Assembly: GCF_009914755.1 (NCBI RefSeq)
Contig: NC_060942.1
Reading direction: 5' to 3' (one strand)
Length of the DNA: 64,000 bases
Origin: the human T2T-CHM13v2.0 reference genome, Homo sapiens
The translations under genes and the position numbers were made by a program. Below the pieces are notes generated by a model. That model did not search any database. It worked only from the letters and a program-made list of their open reading frames with translations, and was not told the origin of the DNA. Within the stretch, counting starts at the first letter, position 1. Each line of letters begins with the position of its first letter. Shown in pieces: positions 22,950-38,821 of the stretch.

Positions 22950-23090
22950 TATTTTTTGTTATCTCAATAGCTTTTGGGGTACAAGTGGTTTTTGGTGACA
23001 TGGAAGAATTACATCGTAGTGAATTCTGAGATTTTTAGTGCACCCATCACCTGCACATTGCAACTAATATATAGTTTTTTATCCCCATAA
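22950..23090 (-). mobile_element. L1PB-type 3'-end fragment
   Basis: TCAATAGCTTTTGGGGTACAAGTGGTTTTTGG...GTGCACCCATCACC. Confidence 0.7.
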
Positions 23091-23216
23091 GTAACCTGAA
23101 GATTTTAAGGGAACATACTTTAACTGGACCATACTTTTTAGAAGCTACATCCATGAGAAGTACACTGTCACATCAGCTTGGCATAGTCCCTGACTCCTCA
23201 CTGTCTCTCTTGCCAC

Positions 23217-25276
23217 ATATTATTTCATCACCCAGGTATTAAGCCCAGTACCCAGTAGCTATCTTTTCTTTTATTCTCCCTTCTCCCACCCTCTCCCGTC
23301 AAGTAGACCCAGTGTCTGTTGCTTCCTTCTTTGTGTTCATAAGTTCTTATCATTTAGCTCCCACTTATAAGGGAGAACATGTGGTATTTGGTCTTCTGCT
23401 CCTGCATTAGTCTGCTAAGGATAATATCCTCCCGCTTCATCCATGTTCCCGGACAAGACGTGATCTCATTCTTTTTTATGGCTGCATAGTATTCCATGGT
23501 GTATATGTATCACATTTTCTTTATCCAATCTGTCATTGATGGACATTTAGGTTGATTCCATGGCTTTTCTATTGTGAATACTGTTGCAATGAACATTTGT
23601 GTGCATGTGTCTTTATGGTAGAACGATTTACATTTCTCTGGGTATATACCCATTAATGGGGGTGCTGGGTGGAATGGTAGTTCTGCTTTTAGCTCCTTGA
23701 GGAATCACCATACTATTTTCCACAACGGTTGAACTAATTTACAGTCCCACCAACAGTGTATAAGCATTCCCTTTCTTCTGCAACCTTGACAGCAGCTGTT
23801 ATTTTTTGACTTTTTAATAATACCCATTTTGACTAGTGTGAGATGGTATCTCGTTGTGATGTTGATTTGCATTTCTCTAGTTATCAGTGATACTGAGCTT
23901 TTCTTGATATGCTTGTTCACTGCATCTATGTCTTCTTTTGAGAAGTGTCTGTTCATGTCCTTTGCCCACTTTAAAAAAAAAAATTGTTTGTTTTTTTCTT
24001 GTAAATTTGTTTAAGTTCCTTATAGATGCTGGGTATTAGACCTTTGTCAGATGCATAGTTTGCAAATATTTTCTCCCATTCTGTTTACCCTGTTGATAGT
24101 TTATTTTTCTGTGCAGCTCTTAAGTTTAATTAAATCCCACTTGCCAATGTTTGCTTTTGTTGTGATTACTTTTGGTGTCTTTGTTGTGAAATCTTTGCCC
24201 ATTTTTATGTCTGGGATGGTATTGCCTAGGTTGTCTTCCTGAGTTTTTATGGTTTTGGGTTTTACATTTAAGTCTTTAATCCATCTTGAGTTGGTTTTTG
24301 TGTATGGTGTAAGGAAGGGGTCCAGCTTCAGTCTTCTGCATATGGCCAGCCAATTATCCCAGCACCATTTATTGAATAGGGAATCTTTTCCCCCTTGGTT
24401 GTTTTTGCCAGCTTTGTTGAAGATCAGATAGTTGTAGATGTGTGGCCTTATTCCCGGACTCTCTATTCTGTTCCATTGGTCTATGTGCCTGTTTTTGTAC
24501 CAGTACCATGTTGTTTTGGTTACTGTAGCCTTGTAGTATAGTTAGAATTCAGGTAACATGATGCCTCCAGCTTAGTTATTTTTGCTTAGGATTGCCTTAG
24601 CTATTTGGGCTCTTTTTTGGTTCCATATGAATTTTAAAATAGCTTTTTTTTCTGGTTCTGTGAAGAATGTCATTGGTAGTTTGACAGGAATAGCATTGAA
24701 TCTGTAAATTGCTTTGGGCAGTATAGCCACTTTAATGATATTGATTCTTCCTATCCATAAGCATGGGATGTTTTTCCATTTGTTTGTGTCATCTCTGATT
24801 TCTCTGAGAAGTATTTTGCAATCTCCTTATAGAGATCTTTCACCTCTCTGGTTAGCCATATCCCTAGCTATTTTATCTTTATGTGGCTACTGTGAATGGG
24901 ATTGCCTTTCTGATCTGGCTCTCGGCTTGGCTATTGCTGGTGTATAGGACTCAGGAGGCTGAAGCAGGAGAACCGCTTGAATCCAGGAGGCCGGGGTTGC
25001 AGTGAGCTGAGATCATGCCACAGCACTCCAGCCTGGGCGACAGAGCGAGATTCTGTCAAAAAATAAATAAATAAAAGGAATACTGGTGATTTTTATACAT
25101 TGATTTTGTATCCTGCAACTTTGTTGAAGTTGTTTATCAACTGGAGGAGCTTTTTGGCTGAGACTATGGGGTTTTCTAGATATAGAATCATGTTGTCTGC
25201 AAACAGAGATAGCTGACTTCCTCTCTTCCTATTTGGATGCTCTTATTTCTCCTGCCTGATTGCTGTGGCTAGGACA
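23217..25276 (-). mobile_element. Older L1PA (PA12-15-like) ORF2/3'UTR fragment
   Basis: ORF 23705-23956 ([10 protein letters not shown]...[14 protein letters not shown]); antisense ORF2 extends to the FADD region near 25195. Confidence 0.92.
24949..25076 (+). mobile_element. Alu right-arm fragment inside L1
   Basis: ACTCAGGAGGCTGAAGCAGGAG...(TAAA)n. Confidence 0.9.
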
Positions 25277-25976
25277 TGGCAGAGATTTTTGTCTGTTTCA
25301 TCCATATATGGCTGGGGCCTAGCATGCAGGCAGCCACCAGTAATGTATATTGAATGAATTTCTGAACAATATTTGCCAAGCACTTTCCTGCCTGATAATA
25401 TTTAAGTAAAGCATCAGAATGATAAAATGGAACTCAAAGAGGCATGGTGCTACCTGCCATGAGACTCTTTGAAAAGCTAGGAAAGGCACTAAGAAAATTA
25501 TTGGTGTTTTTATATTCAGTCCTAATGGTGGTCTGCTACTTCTTCCAGAAAAGTCACTAGCTGATAATAGACTTACACCAAACTCCTAAGCACAATAATA
25601 ATAATTGAGGCAATAATAACTGTAATAATGAAAGTAGTCCCTTACATTTGTATACAATTTCACAATACATAAGTACTTACCTATTAATTATCTTATTGAA
25701 TCCTCGTGAAGATCCCATAAGTTTGGGAGACAGGTAGCTATCACCTATTTGATGGATTTAAAACACTACTTTTTGCTGCGGGAGGCTACTTCTTAAAAAA
25801 GGATTTTCGTTTAGATTTTCTGAACTTCCCTCAGCATGGAAAGTTAAAGTTAAAAGATCAATTTAGTTATTTTTCTTTCTGAGTCTAATGTGTTAGTAAA
25901 ATAATCTCAAGAGCTGTTAGTTTATGATTACGGCCATGGGATAGCAAAAACAGGTGTCTCAAAATGGATCATGTTC

Positions 25977-26070
25977 TGTGTGCTCACAACTTTTAAACTT
26001 ATTTTCACAACCTTCGTAAGATTACTTCCATAAGTAATCATTATCACCATGATAAACAACTTCTACATTT
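25977..26070 (+). repeat. 94-bp local direct repeat, copy 1 (copy 2 at 27767-27860)
   Basis: Ungapped manual alignment, 10 mismatches in 94 bp. Confidence 0.95.
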
Positions 26071-26147
26071 TATTTTAGTCCTTTCATTTTAGCCATCTAA
26101 ACATTGGAGCCTAATTGGTGCATTGGTTTTTCCGGGTCACCACATAG

Positions 26148-26545
<398 letters not shown>

Positions 26546-26649
26546 GCTGACGCACCGGAAATGAGCTATGATTTTAAGAAACATTTGAAGTGACAAACTT
26601 GGGAGGAAATTATCCTCTTTAGGGTCTAATATGTAAAATGCCAATGTTG

Positions 26650-26695
26650 CACGTGTATGTGTGTGTGTGTACATGTCTGTGTATGTGTGTGTGTC
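26650..26695. repeat. Imperfect (TG)n
   Basis: Directly visible. Confidence 0.85.
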
Positions 26696-27289
26696 TCTGT
26701 GATTGTGAGTTTGAGGGTCTTATCTAGGCAAATGTGGCTACTAAGTCTTTTACTTGACTAACTTTCAGAATCAGCTGATCAATCACAAATGATCTGTTGG
26801 GAACCTCTGAGCAAAATATTTGCTATTAATTATACATACTTAACATTTACTAAAACTCTCAAGCTAACTGCATTTAATTTTAGAGAAACAAATGTAGCTA
26901 AATTCCTACCAATGAATTGAATAATGGTTGAGTGTGTGTCTCTGTGGCCCACCCCAACGTGGAGCCGGCTGGGGACATGGCCACACCATGCCCTGACCAT
27001 TTTCAGCTTAGAATGCAGTTCACTCACAGAGTATTCACAGGTTCACAAAACACAGTGCCAGAGGCCCTCCAAGCATCCAGAATGTTGACCTAGCAGAAAA
27101 ATGAGACTTTGCATAAAACAAGAACATAGACGGTCCCTGCTGGAGAGGGACAGGCAGCGTTGGAGGACACAGATGAGGGTAGTAAGGAAAGCAAGGAATC
27201 AACATTTTGCAGTGCATACTCAAGAAGCCAGATCTTCAGGAAGCCAGACACGGAGCCGAGGGAGATTGGGAAACGTATAAGCTTACACA

Positions 27290-27786
27290 AAGCATGAGGG
27301 CACTAAGACAAGGAAGGGGCCACTTCCAAGGTAGAGTTTCGTGGAGCCGAGGTGCCTTGGGCACACAGAAGCATGGGGGAACTTAGGTGGGACCACAGAA
27401 GTGACCCCGAAGTCCCAGAAACCTTACAACCCCTCCCTGAGATGTCTCCACAGAAGCAGGACTCCAAGGAACTCAGTTTGAAATCCTCTCTGAAAGTTCC
27501 TTCTGGCTGTCTGCACACCGGTGAAAATTTAAATATTACTCTCTAACTGTTCGATATAGTTCTTAAGTATCTTAAAAGGAACAACATCTAAATGAATGAA
27601 TAGTATGGCCCTTTCTATCTCTCATGCCTTTCCATAAAATATAAAAACCTAGGCTTGATTGACTCACCTGGTTGTCTGCCTAATGGCTATCAAAACACAA
27701 GCCAGATGATAAAAACCAAATACTGTTTAGACTTTGCATCTTGGAGGCAGTAAAATAAAAATATTTTGTGTGCTCACAGATTTTAA
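27290..27786 (+). repeat. ~500-bp diverged local direct repeat, copy A
   Basis: Collinear shared blocks with 28170-28671: GGCACACAGAAG, GAAGTCCCAGA, CCCTCCCTGAGA, CAGTTTGAAAT, ATATAGTTCTTAA, TGACTCAC, TTTGCATCTTGGA. Confidence 0.9.
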
Positions 27787-27864
27787 ACTTATTTTCATAG
27801 CCTTCGTAGTATTACTTCCATACGTAATCGTTATCACCATGGTAAACAACTCCTACATTTGGCG

Positions 27865-28015
27865 TCTCCCTTAATCCTCCAGTGGCTGTCTGAGGAAGGT
27901 CACGGCACGTTTCCCATGTCACAGATGCTGAGTGTGAGGCACTGGAGAGTGGAGTCACTTGCTCCAGGGCTGCAGCTGGAAGGGGCTGGAGTTGAACACT
28001 GAGGTCCTCTGACCC
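27865..28015 (-). mobile_element. MIR
   Basis: TTAATCCTC...CCCATGTCACAGATG...TGAGGCAC...CACTTGCTCCAGGG. Confidence 0.6.
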
Positions 28016-28169
28016 TGCTGCCTGGGACCATCTTGCTGCCCCATCCCACTCCTTGGGTCACAGTCTTATTTCTCAAGTTCAAAAGTGTTTCCTGAGTTCA
28101 GAAATCTTTAACCTAGACAAGCAAACATTGTTTACAACAAATCTCTTGTTGAGCTGACTTCCGCCCAAA

Positions 28170-28671
28170 ATCATGAGAGCTTTAAGATAAGAAGAGGCCA
28201 TTTCCAAGATAGTTTGTTATGGGGCCTGAGGTGTTTGGGGCACACAGAAGGATGGGGAAACAGATGGAAACACAGCAGTGACACTGAAGTCCCAGAGACC
28301 CAACAGCCCTCCCTGAGACGTCTCCACATGACCAGGACTCAAAGGAACCCAGTTTGAAATGCCCCCGCTTAGATTCTCTCTGACAGTTGTTTCTGGCTGT
28401 TACTGTATTTTATAAGTAGTATTATCTGATTATTAAATATAGTTCTTAAATACGTTAAAATGTAAAAAGAAACAGCATCTAAGTGAATGACATGGCCCTT
28501 TCCACCTCTCATGTTTTCCTGTAAAGCGTGTAGATTAAGCTTGACTGACTCACTTGGTTATTTGCCTAATGGTGATCAAAATTCAAGCCAGAAGATTAAA
28601 AACCAACTATTCATTAGTGTTTTGCATCTTGGAAGCAGTAAAACCAAAAGATTCTATGGAGTCACGGATTT
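28170..28671 (+). repeat. ~500-bp diverged local direct repeat, copy B
   Basis: See copy A. Confidence 0.9.
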
Positions 28672-28754
28672 CTCCTAGAGTCGTATTTTTCAACAAATGA
28701 GAACCATAACCTTCCGATGTTTGGGGCCCACTGGATAAATAAATGATGGATCTT

Positions 28755-29750
28755 CAAGAACATTTACACGATGCCTACCACGTACCACATGCTGTTTTAG
28801 AGTCTGGGTCTACAAGGATGATTTACTTCCGCCCTTGAAGAATTTAGCTGAGGAGACCGTGGCTGAACAGGCCAGGTGATGTCAGCACGACATAGCAGGT
28901 GCTATGGTAAGGTGCTCTGGGCTCATAAAAGGAAATGCCAAGCCCACATGATGAGAGGACGAGAGGGGGAAACTAGTGGAAGGTTTTCTGAGGAGGTGAC
29001 ACTTGTCTGGAGTATAGGCAGGAATAGGTCAGATACAGAAGGAAACACTAGAATGCGGCAGTGTGGGTGAGTCGAGGAGGTTCTAGACCAAGGGAACGCA
29101 GTGAACAAAAGGACCCAGGCAGGAAACACCGTGCCCTTTTCCAGGAATTATGAATACATGGATGTTGCTGGAGGTTAAAGGTTTTTCAAATGTCATCTCA
29201 AATGTTACTTTTTCAGAGGAGACTTTCCAGACCACCAGGCAGGCTAAATTAAGTTCTCCTCCTATTTGATCTCAGCACTCTGGTGCTTGGCTTCATAGCA
29301 GTTACCACTGTTGATGATGATGTGCATATTGCTGTGTGCTGTGTGTTGGTGTAGCTCCCTCCCACTGGACTGAAAAACCTCTGATGGCAGAGACAAGGTC
29401 CTTTTTGTGTGCCACTGGAGGCCCGTGCCTGCCTGCCCTGACACCTGCAAACAGCAGGCATTTGCTAAGGACTGAGCAGTACCATGGCTGGAAATGCATT
29501 TGAAGAGGTTGGCAGGCAGAAAATGCTTTCAGGCTGTGGGGTTAGCATGAACAAAGGCACAGAGACTGATGCAATGGGAGTTTGAGGGAGAAAAGCAACC
29601 TAATCAGGGTGACTTGAATGTGGGGTATGACCCAGTGGGGATAGACTGGCAGCTCTATTGCTGTCTGATTATAGAGTCCTCAAACACTGAGCTGGGGAGG
29701 TTGGTCTTCCCTGAGATGATGGAACGTCTTTGTCTGCTCAGCCATTTTTA
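28755..29750. mobile_element. Cluster of L2 fragments in both orientations
   Basis: CAAGAACATTTA...GCCTACCACGTACCA; GGAAGGTTTTCTGAGGAGGTGAC; TCTCAAATGTTACTTTTTCAGAGGAGACTTTCC. Confidence 0.65.
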
Positions 29751-29999
29751 AAGTAGCACTAGGTGAGGTCAAAGTAAGGTGCAGTCTTGAGTTTGGCAGA
29801 GTGCCCCTGCAACCACTGCCCTTGAAGAGCTTATGACCCCCAAGAACAAATCAAAATAATGTGCCAACATAGCACCAACGCATTGAATGTCAAAGTCCCA
29901 AACTCAAGAATCTCTCCATCTTGAGCTGAATGTTAGCAAAATGAGTATCTTTGTGGAAAGCAAATCTGGAACACATGTAACTGTTCAAAAATGAATTCA

Positions 30000-30297
<298 letters not shown>

Positions 30298-30364
30298 TTA
30301 ATTTGAAGGAAGAACTTATAAAATCTGCCAAGTGAGTGGTGGAGCACGTAGAGGAATCCTCTTA

Positions 30365-30510
30365 TCTGGAGTGAGAAACTCTGAAGTCCTGGTTCCTCAT
30401 ACCCTCTGTGTGACACTGGGCAAATTCTGTCACCTGCTAGCCTCATTTTCTCATCTGTGAATCAAGAAATAGGTTCACCTGAACTTTCAGGCCCTTCCTA
30501 GGTGTAATAA
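30365..30510 (+). mobile_element. MIR
   Basis: TGTGTGACACTGGGCAAATT...GCCTCATTTTCTCATCTGTGAA. Confidence 0.65.
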
Positions 30511-31111
30511 AGACCGTGCACTGACGCCAGATTTTCTAGCATTGTGCTTTTGAGCTTACAGTCTTTTCATTAAACATCATAATCTGAGATCACATCATTT
30601 GGTAATATTATGTGAAATTTATGGTTGCAATTCTGCTGAAATACAGCATGTGCACAGAAGCAACACTCTTGTGTTAGAGCTAGTTTGCCTTTTATTAAAC
30701 ACTAAATTCTACATCTTTACACTCTTAGCCATCTCATAGAATCATTGGTAAAATGCAGTTAAAACTCAGAAATACAAGTCTGAGCTTATAAAATAACCCA
30801 TAAAATATGGTCCTGAAATAATTCCAAAAGGAAATACAAAATTGCCTCCTAATGACTCAGAAAAGTAAGGCCCCCAACCCTAACCTATTGAAATATCTCA
30901 TTTTTCAATTACATATTTCTCTCCATCCACATCTGTAAGGCCTACCATACACGACAGGAAGATGGAAACTTTCCTCTATGACCTTGAACCGGTTCCTTCC
31001 TGATTCTGTTGGAAGCATCCCACCCTCTCTCCCTGATGTATCTTCTTCTCTGTCTGCCTAACCATTTCTTTAACTCAATCTGTAAGCATCTCCAACACTC
31101 ATTTTCTGAAT

Positions 31112-31290
31112 GTGCTGTATTTCATCAATTCTAAGACATATATTTTTCATATTTAGCATCTCTGAGACGAGCATGTTTTTTTTTTACAGCGAAGGCCCCT
31201 TACCATTCTATTGCAAGGGTTTTTTCTCTAGGTACATAACAGTAGTGTGCCTTACAGCTCATGGAATATTAGTTTTGGCACAATGCAATG
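31112..31290. mobile_element. Tc2-like DNA transposon relic (MER104-like)
   Basis: CTGTATTTCATCAATTCTAAGAC...TTTAGCATCTCTGA. Confidence 0.5.
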
Positions 31291-32339
31291 CAAAGTCCTC
31301 TTTGTCCCCTCATACCATCTGCCTTGAGTTAAGCTCTTTGAGAGGGTTGGAAAAGGAGGATACCTTTTATATATTTAGTTAATAATCTAATACATAATAT
31401 GAGACTTCACAGACAGACAGGAAATGCTCTCAGCAGCTCTCAGGCAGGCCAAGGAGAACTGGAAGGTGGCAGCTCCTTGGTGACTAGCTGGAGCTCTGAT
31501 GATCCAACCCAGCTCTGATGACCTGAGAGCAAGTCTGGTGCCAGCTCAGGCTCAGCTGCCCATCTCTCCTTCTGCAAAGTCAGCCTCACACTCAAGATCC
31601 CCCAAAGGAAAGATCAAGTTTGTTTGGCTGGTCACCCCCGTGCCATCAGCAAGACCCTCCTGCCAGGCTTAGGGCTCTGTAGACTAGACTCCAGCCCATT
31701 CAAGATCAAATTAGCTGTGGCCAGAGCTGGGATAAACATGGCCACGTGCTGGTAAAGGCCCACTAGGAAGAGGCTGTGGTGTAGCAGGTCTTCATAACAG
31801 AATAGATTTTTCTTTACATGTCCCTCTAGCAGACACCTTATTTTTTTAGCTTCCCCTTTCCATCCAAGTTTGCTGGAAGAGTGGTCTAAACTTGCTGTCT
31901 GCACCTGTATTATTCAACCTAACTCCATGAGCCTTCCATCCTTCCACCTTGGCAGACACTTCTCTGACGGTACTCGCCTCGGCATGACTGCAGATGTGAT
32001 GGCTCCATTGACCACTTTCCAGTCCCTATCTTAGCAGTCTTAGCAGCAAATGTCATTATCACACTGTGATGCCACAGGAAACCCCTTCATCAGTCGGTAC
32101 TCCATCCTCCAGGTGTTTCCCGAATGGGCTGCCGAGGACCCTTCTCCAGAGAATTGCCTCAGCTGATGGGAACTCTCTCAGTGGAGCACTGGAGGGTGGA
32201 TCTGCTCACCCTGGAGCCGCTGCAGGCAACGCTTAGATGGTGAGGGTGCCATCAGACCTGACACCCCTTCTTGTGTGTGTGGAGACTCAATAAATGTTCA
32301 CTGCATGTGTTTATTATTAGTCTCTCAGAACCACTTGTA

Positions 32340-32660
32340 TTTCTTTTATAACTTTAATTTTGAATCATTTTAGATTTGAAGAAAAATTGCAAAAACAGTA
32401 CAAAGAATTCCCTTATATTCTTCATACCATTTTTCCTAATGTTAGCATATTTCATAATCTCAGTATAATTATCAAGGTTAGCAAATTTATAGTGGTACAA
32501 TATTATTAACTCAACTATAGACTTTCTTCAATTGTTACACCAGTTTTTCTCCCAGTATGTTCTCTGTCCCAGAACCTCACATTGCTTTCAGAAGTTATTT
32601 CTCCTTAGTCTCCACTAACCTGAAACATTTCAGTCTTGCCTTATCTTTCATGACAGCAAG
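32340..32660 (-). mobile_element. L1MC-type 3' fragment
   Basis: TTTTAGATTTGAAGAAAAATTGCAAAAACAGTACAAAGAATTCCC. Confidence 0.7.
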
Positions 32661-32879
32661 TATTTCATAATGCTCCCTTTACTACACTGAAGTGAAATCC
32701 ATAGATAATATTAGTGCCTTCCATGAGGCTCATTTGCTGAAACTGTAGATATACACGTACGCATAGATAAATGTGAAATAAAATTTGAACGTAAACTATA
32801 ATTTCATCAGTTTGTTATTATGGTTCAGAAAATACTTTTAAATTTGAAAAATGGAAAAGCGAATTAGGAAGAAAGAATA

Positions 32880-33070
32880 ATATAGTAGTGAAGAAGGTAA
32901 GCTCTGGAATCATACTGCTAGGGTTACAATAGCTGTGTGACCTTGTGTAGGTTACCTAAGCTCTCTGTGCTTCAATTTCCTTGTTGGCCAACTTGATAAT
33001 GCTGTCATAAGGATTAAATTTTTTAAAGAATTCATGTATGAGCTCAGTGTCTGGCATGTAGTGAGTTTTA
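32880..33070 (+). mobile_element. MIR
   Basis: TAGCTGTGTGACCTTGTGTAGGTTACCTAAGCTCTCTGTGCTTCAATTTCC. Confidence 0.75.
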
Positions 33071-33114
33071 ACTTATGTTTTTAAGACAATACATCATATT
33101 TTCTTTTGTTCTGA

Positions 33115-33210
33115 CATGGGCTGACAAACTTTTCCTTCAGAGGGGCCAGATAGTAAATATTTTAGGCTTTTCAGCCATATACAGTCTCTGTCATATATTC
33201 TTCTTCTTTC

Positions 33211-33241
<31 letters not shown>

Positions 33242-33297
33242 TCCTTTAAAAACATAAAAACTGTTTTTGGCTTGTGAGCCTTAGTTTGCCAGCCCAG
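33115..33297. mobile_element. MER58-like hAT relic
   Basis: CAAACTTTTCC...AGGGGCCAGATAGTAAATATTTTAGGCTTT...TAGTTTGCCAGCCC. Confidence 0.7.
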
Positions 33298-33599
33298 TTT
33301 TAGCTTGAGACCATAGGCAGGTTAATATGTAGCGTTAAGAAAAGGTTCACATTTCCCCCTTTTTGGTCTTTTTAAAAACTAAAACATTTAAACACCCAAA
33401 AAAAGTACAGAGTGTGCCATAATATCCAGGTACCATTCATCCAGCTTCAAAAAATTGTACATTTTGCGTATTTCCTTTAGCTTTCCTTTTTTCCCCCAGA
33501 CTACACATGGCAACTATCCAGAAGTTCATATGCATCCTCTTTGTGCATCCCCTCAAAACCCTGTGAGTTCACCAAGATCAGTGACCTTTCTTCTTGAGC

Positions 33600-33915
33600 G
33601 GGAGGTTAAAAAACAGTTCCCAGTCTTCCATGCAGTCAGGTGGGGCTGCGTCACTGCATGCTGGCCACGGGAACCTGGATGGGGGTGATAACGTCCTTCT
33701 CTGGACAAGTAGTGACGAAGAAGACATGCTTGTCCCTTGTCCTTCTCCCCAGTTGCCCCTGGGGAGCAAAAGACCCCACGATGGAATTAGCCAGAGTTCA
33801 TGGGTTTCCGCGTGGAGCCAGAAACATCCATTAGGCTGTGATACAAATGAGAATAAATAAGCATTTTTGTGTTAAAGCTATTAAAATTTCAGGGCTTATC
33901 TGGTAGAGCAGCTGG
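33600..33915 (+). mobile_element. Old ERVL/MaLR-type LTR relic
   Basis: TTCCCAGTCTTCCATGCAGTCAGGTGGGG...AATAAA...TGTGTTAAAGCTATTAAAATTTCAGGG. Confidence 0.5.
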
Positions 33916-33961
33916 TGTTATATAAATTTCAACATCCTCCATGGTTTTATAATTTTACTAA

Positions 33962-34406
<445 letters not shown>

Positions 34407-34483
34407 AACTGTCACACTTTAGCAATGTTAGTTACTTGTTTGATTAGGCCCATAAAATATACTAAATATGTATATATACTTAA

Positions 34484-34782
<299 letters not shown>

Positions 34783-34853
34783 AACTATTTTAATTAATAT
34801 TTAAATATGATAATATTGTCCAATCTCCAAAAGGTTTAAAATTGTTTTTGGTT

Positions 34854-35177
<324 letters not shown>

Positions 35178-36082
35178 TCAGCTCAATGATACATATTGGT
35201 AAGGTAGCTTATGTTTTCCATTACATTTTCACTTATCTCCTTCTATTTGACCCTCACCGAAAACCCTGTGAGTTAGAAAGGACTGGCATTATCATCTCTG
35301 GTTTGGCAATGAACTCAAATCCCAAACACTTTCTAGTTGTGTGATTTCGGGGGAATTATTGGCCACTCTGTCACTCGAACATATTCCCTTCTAAAATGGG
35401 AATAAAACTTGAACTCATATCTTGAGTTCTCATGAGGATTAAATGAGCTTTTGCTTTGTCCAGTGCAGATCACACAGTAAGCAATCAATAACTGTTAACT
35501 AACAGCAGAAAGACATGACTGTATGATATGTGGTTAATCTAAAACTGCAGCCCTTAGTGCCACAGGCTCCTGGAAGGAAACCATGCTCCTTCTCCTGCGT
35601 GGCTGTTTCCTGAGTCCACCACATGTGTCACTCCCTTGTTCATTGTTCTGTGATCACTGGGACTGTTCGCAACCACAAAGTGTTGTTGGGTTTAGTTTTT
35701 CTATTGTGAAGCAAAATTTTAAACTTCCAAACTTTCAGCCAATTTGCTAATTTTTTTTCTAGTGAATAAGGAAAAAGTCTCTCATTAGTCAATTTCACCA
35801 GTTGTGCCACTGGGCCCAGCTCCACAGGCCTCCCCCTTGTCCTGCTCAACCACACACCTTTCTGCCCTCTGACGAATCCTTGTCAACTTACCCCAATTTT
35901 TTATTACAAATGCCTCACACACCGTCACTTTTCTTTATCAACGATGAGCATTTTTCTACTTCTTTTTTCTCCTCTCCTTAAATCTCTGATGTTCTCCCAT
36001 GACATTTTCGTCCCTCTTTACACTTTCAGATGGGAGCTTCTGATTCTAATTTGTTGTCGGGTGGGATGTCAAAGAATAATAA

Positions 36083-36492
<410 letters not shown>

Positions 36493-36532
36493 AGGAACAC
36501 ATAATGTTATTCATTTTAATTTTATTCATTTA

Positions 36533-36752
36533 GTTTTCTTGAGAGTAAAGTGTCACTCTGTCACTCAGGCTGGAGTAGAGTTGTGCAATCATAGCTCACT
36601 GCAACCTCTAACTCCTGGGTTCAAGTGATCCTCCCACCTCAGCCTCCAAGTAGCTGGGACTTTAGGCATGTGCCGCCCCACACACAGCTAATTTTCTTAT
36701 TTTTTTGTAAAGATGGGGCCTTGAACTGGATTTAAGTGATCTTCCTGCCTTA
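36533..36752 (-). mobile_element. AluJ with internal deletion
   Basis: ATCATAGCTCACTGCAACCTCTAACTCCTGGG. Confidence 0.85.
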
Positions 36753-38508
36753 GCAATTTTATTATTAAAATCAAAGCAAAACAAAGCTAAGCCTTTTCTT
36801 TTCTAGGTCACATTGCTAATATGGTGAGGTGTTTGTTTTGTTTTGTTTTGTTTGCCATAACCAGGTCTTTTGACTCCAAATCTGTGCTGTTTCCTCCAGG
36901 TTGCAATGCCTCCCTTAAATAATAATTTGCATGTCCCACAAGGGGCATTCGCTCCTGTCCACAGAATGATATAGTGATTCCCTCAATAAAAGGAGAAACT
37001 CTTTTTCAAACTAGCATATTCATAGAATTTGAAAGTGGAAAGTGACTGCAGAAGTTGTGTTCTGAAATGTCAACCCAGTTAGTTTCCTGTTAATTATATT
37101 TTTACTTCATTGTGTATTGACTATGAGCTTTACATGCCTTATATTTTGCAAGGGAGGTATCATTCCTCCCTACAGATGAGGAGAAAGTTTTAGTAAAGTC
37201 ACCGCGTATGCCCAAGGTCACTCAGTTCAATTCACATCCCTGCAAGTCTGACTTCAGTGTCCACATGCTTCTCTCAGCATAATTCTGCCTCTCTTAAACA
37301 CTAGCATCAAAAAAGAAAGCTGGGTGGTGACGTTTGCCATGATTTGTATGTTTGCCCAGTTTCTGATCTCCATTCCACCCTCAGGCACATCCCTACTTAC
37401 TTTCGTTCTTTACGCACGGAGATGAAATATGTATCTTTAGGGAAAAAAACTGCAGAAAACATTGCCTTATTTTATAGAAATATACCAGATCAAAGAGAGA
37501 AAATTACACAAAGAATCAATGATAACCCTAGAAGAAGGGCTTCAGAGAGAGAGAAATCTAGCTTGTTTTCCTAATTTCTGGTCATTAAATTACTGACCGT
37601 CCTGAATTCTCCTGAGTTATACTGGTAAACAGCAGAGCTTCTAACGGAGAAGAAAAGAGGCCAGCAAGGAGAGGAGGAAAGAAGGCTCAGACCAGCAGAT
37701 AAGCTGAGGAAGCCAGGGCCCAGGGGACCGGAACTCAGGTGGCAGTGCCAGGGAGCGAGGCCGTCTTCCCTGCTCTTCTGGAGATGTGACTTCGCACAGA
37801 CAGTATCTTCTGCAGAGGGCATCCTGCTCCGTTATTTAAAGACCCAACAGCATTGGCAAAGCACGTAATAGATTTTACTTACTATTTGCTATGCAATATT
37901 CTCCCCATTTAACGTATTAAGCCTGTAATGCTTTCATTTTCTATCACAGGAGCAGAGAAACACCATACACCAAGAGAGAGGCCCTCTTTCCATTGGATTA
38001 CATGAGAAGTATTTAGGCCTTTTCCACTGCCTTCCACATTAAGCCTAACCCCAAGGTCCAAGAGATAGTATCAGGTTTAAGAGCATTAGGTTGCATGAAA
38101 ATAGGCCACTGCATTTAGACATCCTCCCTAGAGACTCAGGGAGAGGCCGTTTGAAATGGTATGCTTAAAGATAGAAGCTAATTGGTGGACTTAAGATAGT
38201 TGACCAGAGCTGTAGATTAATGATCTGCTGTCCTGGAGATAGGGAGGCTACTGCATGGCTCTATATTTTTAGATATCAAGTCAAATGGAAAATAAGTAGA
38301 GGAAAGTAGTAAACTTTTACAAAAGCATTTCTTTGTCGCCTGTGGACTGAGGTAGGCACTCCGGTCAGCAAAGAGTTAAAAAGATAGGGCTTCTTGCCTC
38401 TCACATCCAGGAAGATCAGTTTCCAGTCCTTTCCTGAGTAGGAGAGGGAAGTCTTGAGTTAAATTCACCTTTTTCTTACACAGTCTTATATTTAAAAATG
38501 TACCTGAT

Positions 38509-38821
<313 letters not shown>

